A stretch of 64,000 nucleotides of DNA, taken from Amoebophrya sp. A120 (lineage: Eukaryota; Protista; Dinoflagellata). How positions within the stretch are numbered: position 1 is the stretch's first letter; every line of letters starts with the position of its first letter. The stretch is taken from positions 8,956,411-9,020,410 of the forward strand of contig CAJINV010000004.1 in assembly GCA_905178155.1 (NCBI GenBank), given 5' to 3'. The position numbers were made by a program, and so were the translations under genes. The notes below the pieces were generated by a model. It did not search any database and had not been told where the DNA came from. It saw nothing but the letters and a program-made list of their open reading frames with translations. Shown in pieces: positions 63,610 to 64,000 of the stretch.

Positions 63610-64000
63610 GGACCGGGATGGGGGGACCACCATCTGTGGCCCCATCTTTGTACAAAAGGCTCCGACAACAATCGGAGCCTGTCCGTGACCAAGCCCAAGC
63701 GGTGGTCAGCGAGAGCGAGCGGGGAGGCGGCCACCCTCCCGCGGCCGCCACGCGCGCGCCCGCCAAAGCCACGTACCGCAATCCCGGCTTTCCTCACTGC
63801 CGATTTCACAACACTGCCGTGGCGGGCGGTGAAGCAGCTCGCACTCATGATGCAGCTGGGCACGCGCATGGACACAAACTGCGCCATTCTGCCGGAGGAC
63901 CTCCGCTACGAGCCCGGCCGCCTGCTGGTCTATATTCGCAAGGACAAGGTGCGTAGCATGGAGAAGCGCACTGTGGCCATCGGTTGCAACTGTGCGCAGG
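63610..64000 (+). CDS. Partial tyrosine-recombinase-like ORF (DIRS/Crypton-type?), truncated by window end
   Basis: Frame open from 63610 to the end: LALMMQLGTRMDTNCAILPEDLRYEPGRLLVYIRKDKVRSMEKRTVAIGCNC, matching box-I GxR, catalytic K and the following Cys pattern; absent from the ORF track because it has no stop. Confidence 0.6.

Overview
This is eukaryotic genomic DNA, most consistent with a syndinian dinoflagellate of the Amoebophrya type (inferred from intron architecture, not proven). All recognisable genes are on the + strand. (1) About 55 MITE-like elements of 150-330 bp, in roughly 15 unrelated terminal-inverted-repeat (TIR) families, interrupt coding sequence. Nearly all start TAT and end ATA and are flanked by a 5-bp direct repeat (TSD) of variable sequence. 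Removing an element plus one TSD copy restores the reading frame at every junction I traced, and the boundaries are not GT-AG. Members of one family work in both orientations, one is nested inside another, and all families share an internal GCATNACA(A/G)A motif. They behave as non-canonical 'introner' introns. (2) Positions 1-51.5 kb hold a tandem array of about 13 divergent paralogous genes built from RRM-like, RanBP2 zinc-finger, RS/RD-rich and SAP/HeH-like modules, joined almost entirely by phase-1 canonical introns. (3) 52188-63157 is one gene with 17 introners that reconstructs to about 2074 aa with three glycosyltransferase domains (GT34-, GT8- and GT32-like). (4) A truncated tyrosine-recombinase-like ORF lies at the right edge. 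Gene models and domain calls were made by eye, without searches.
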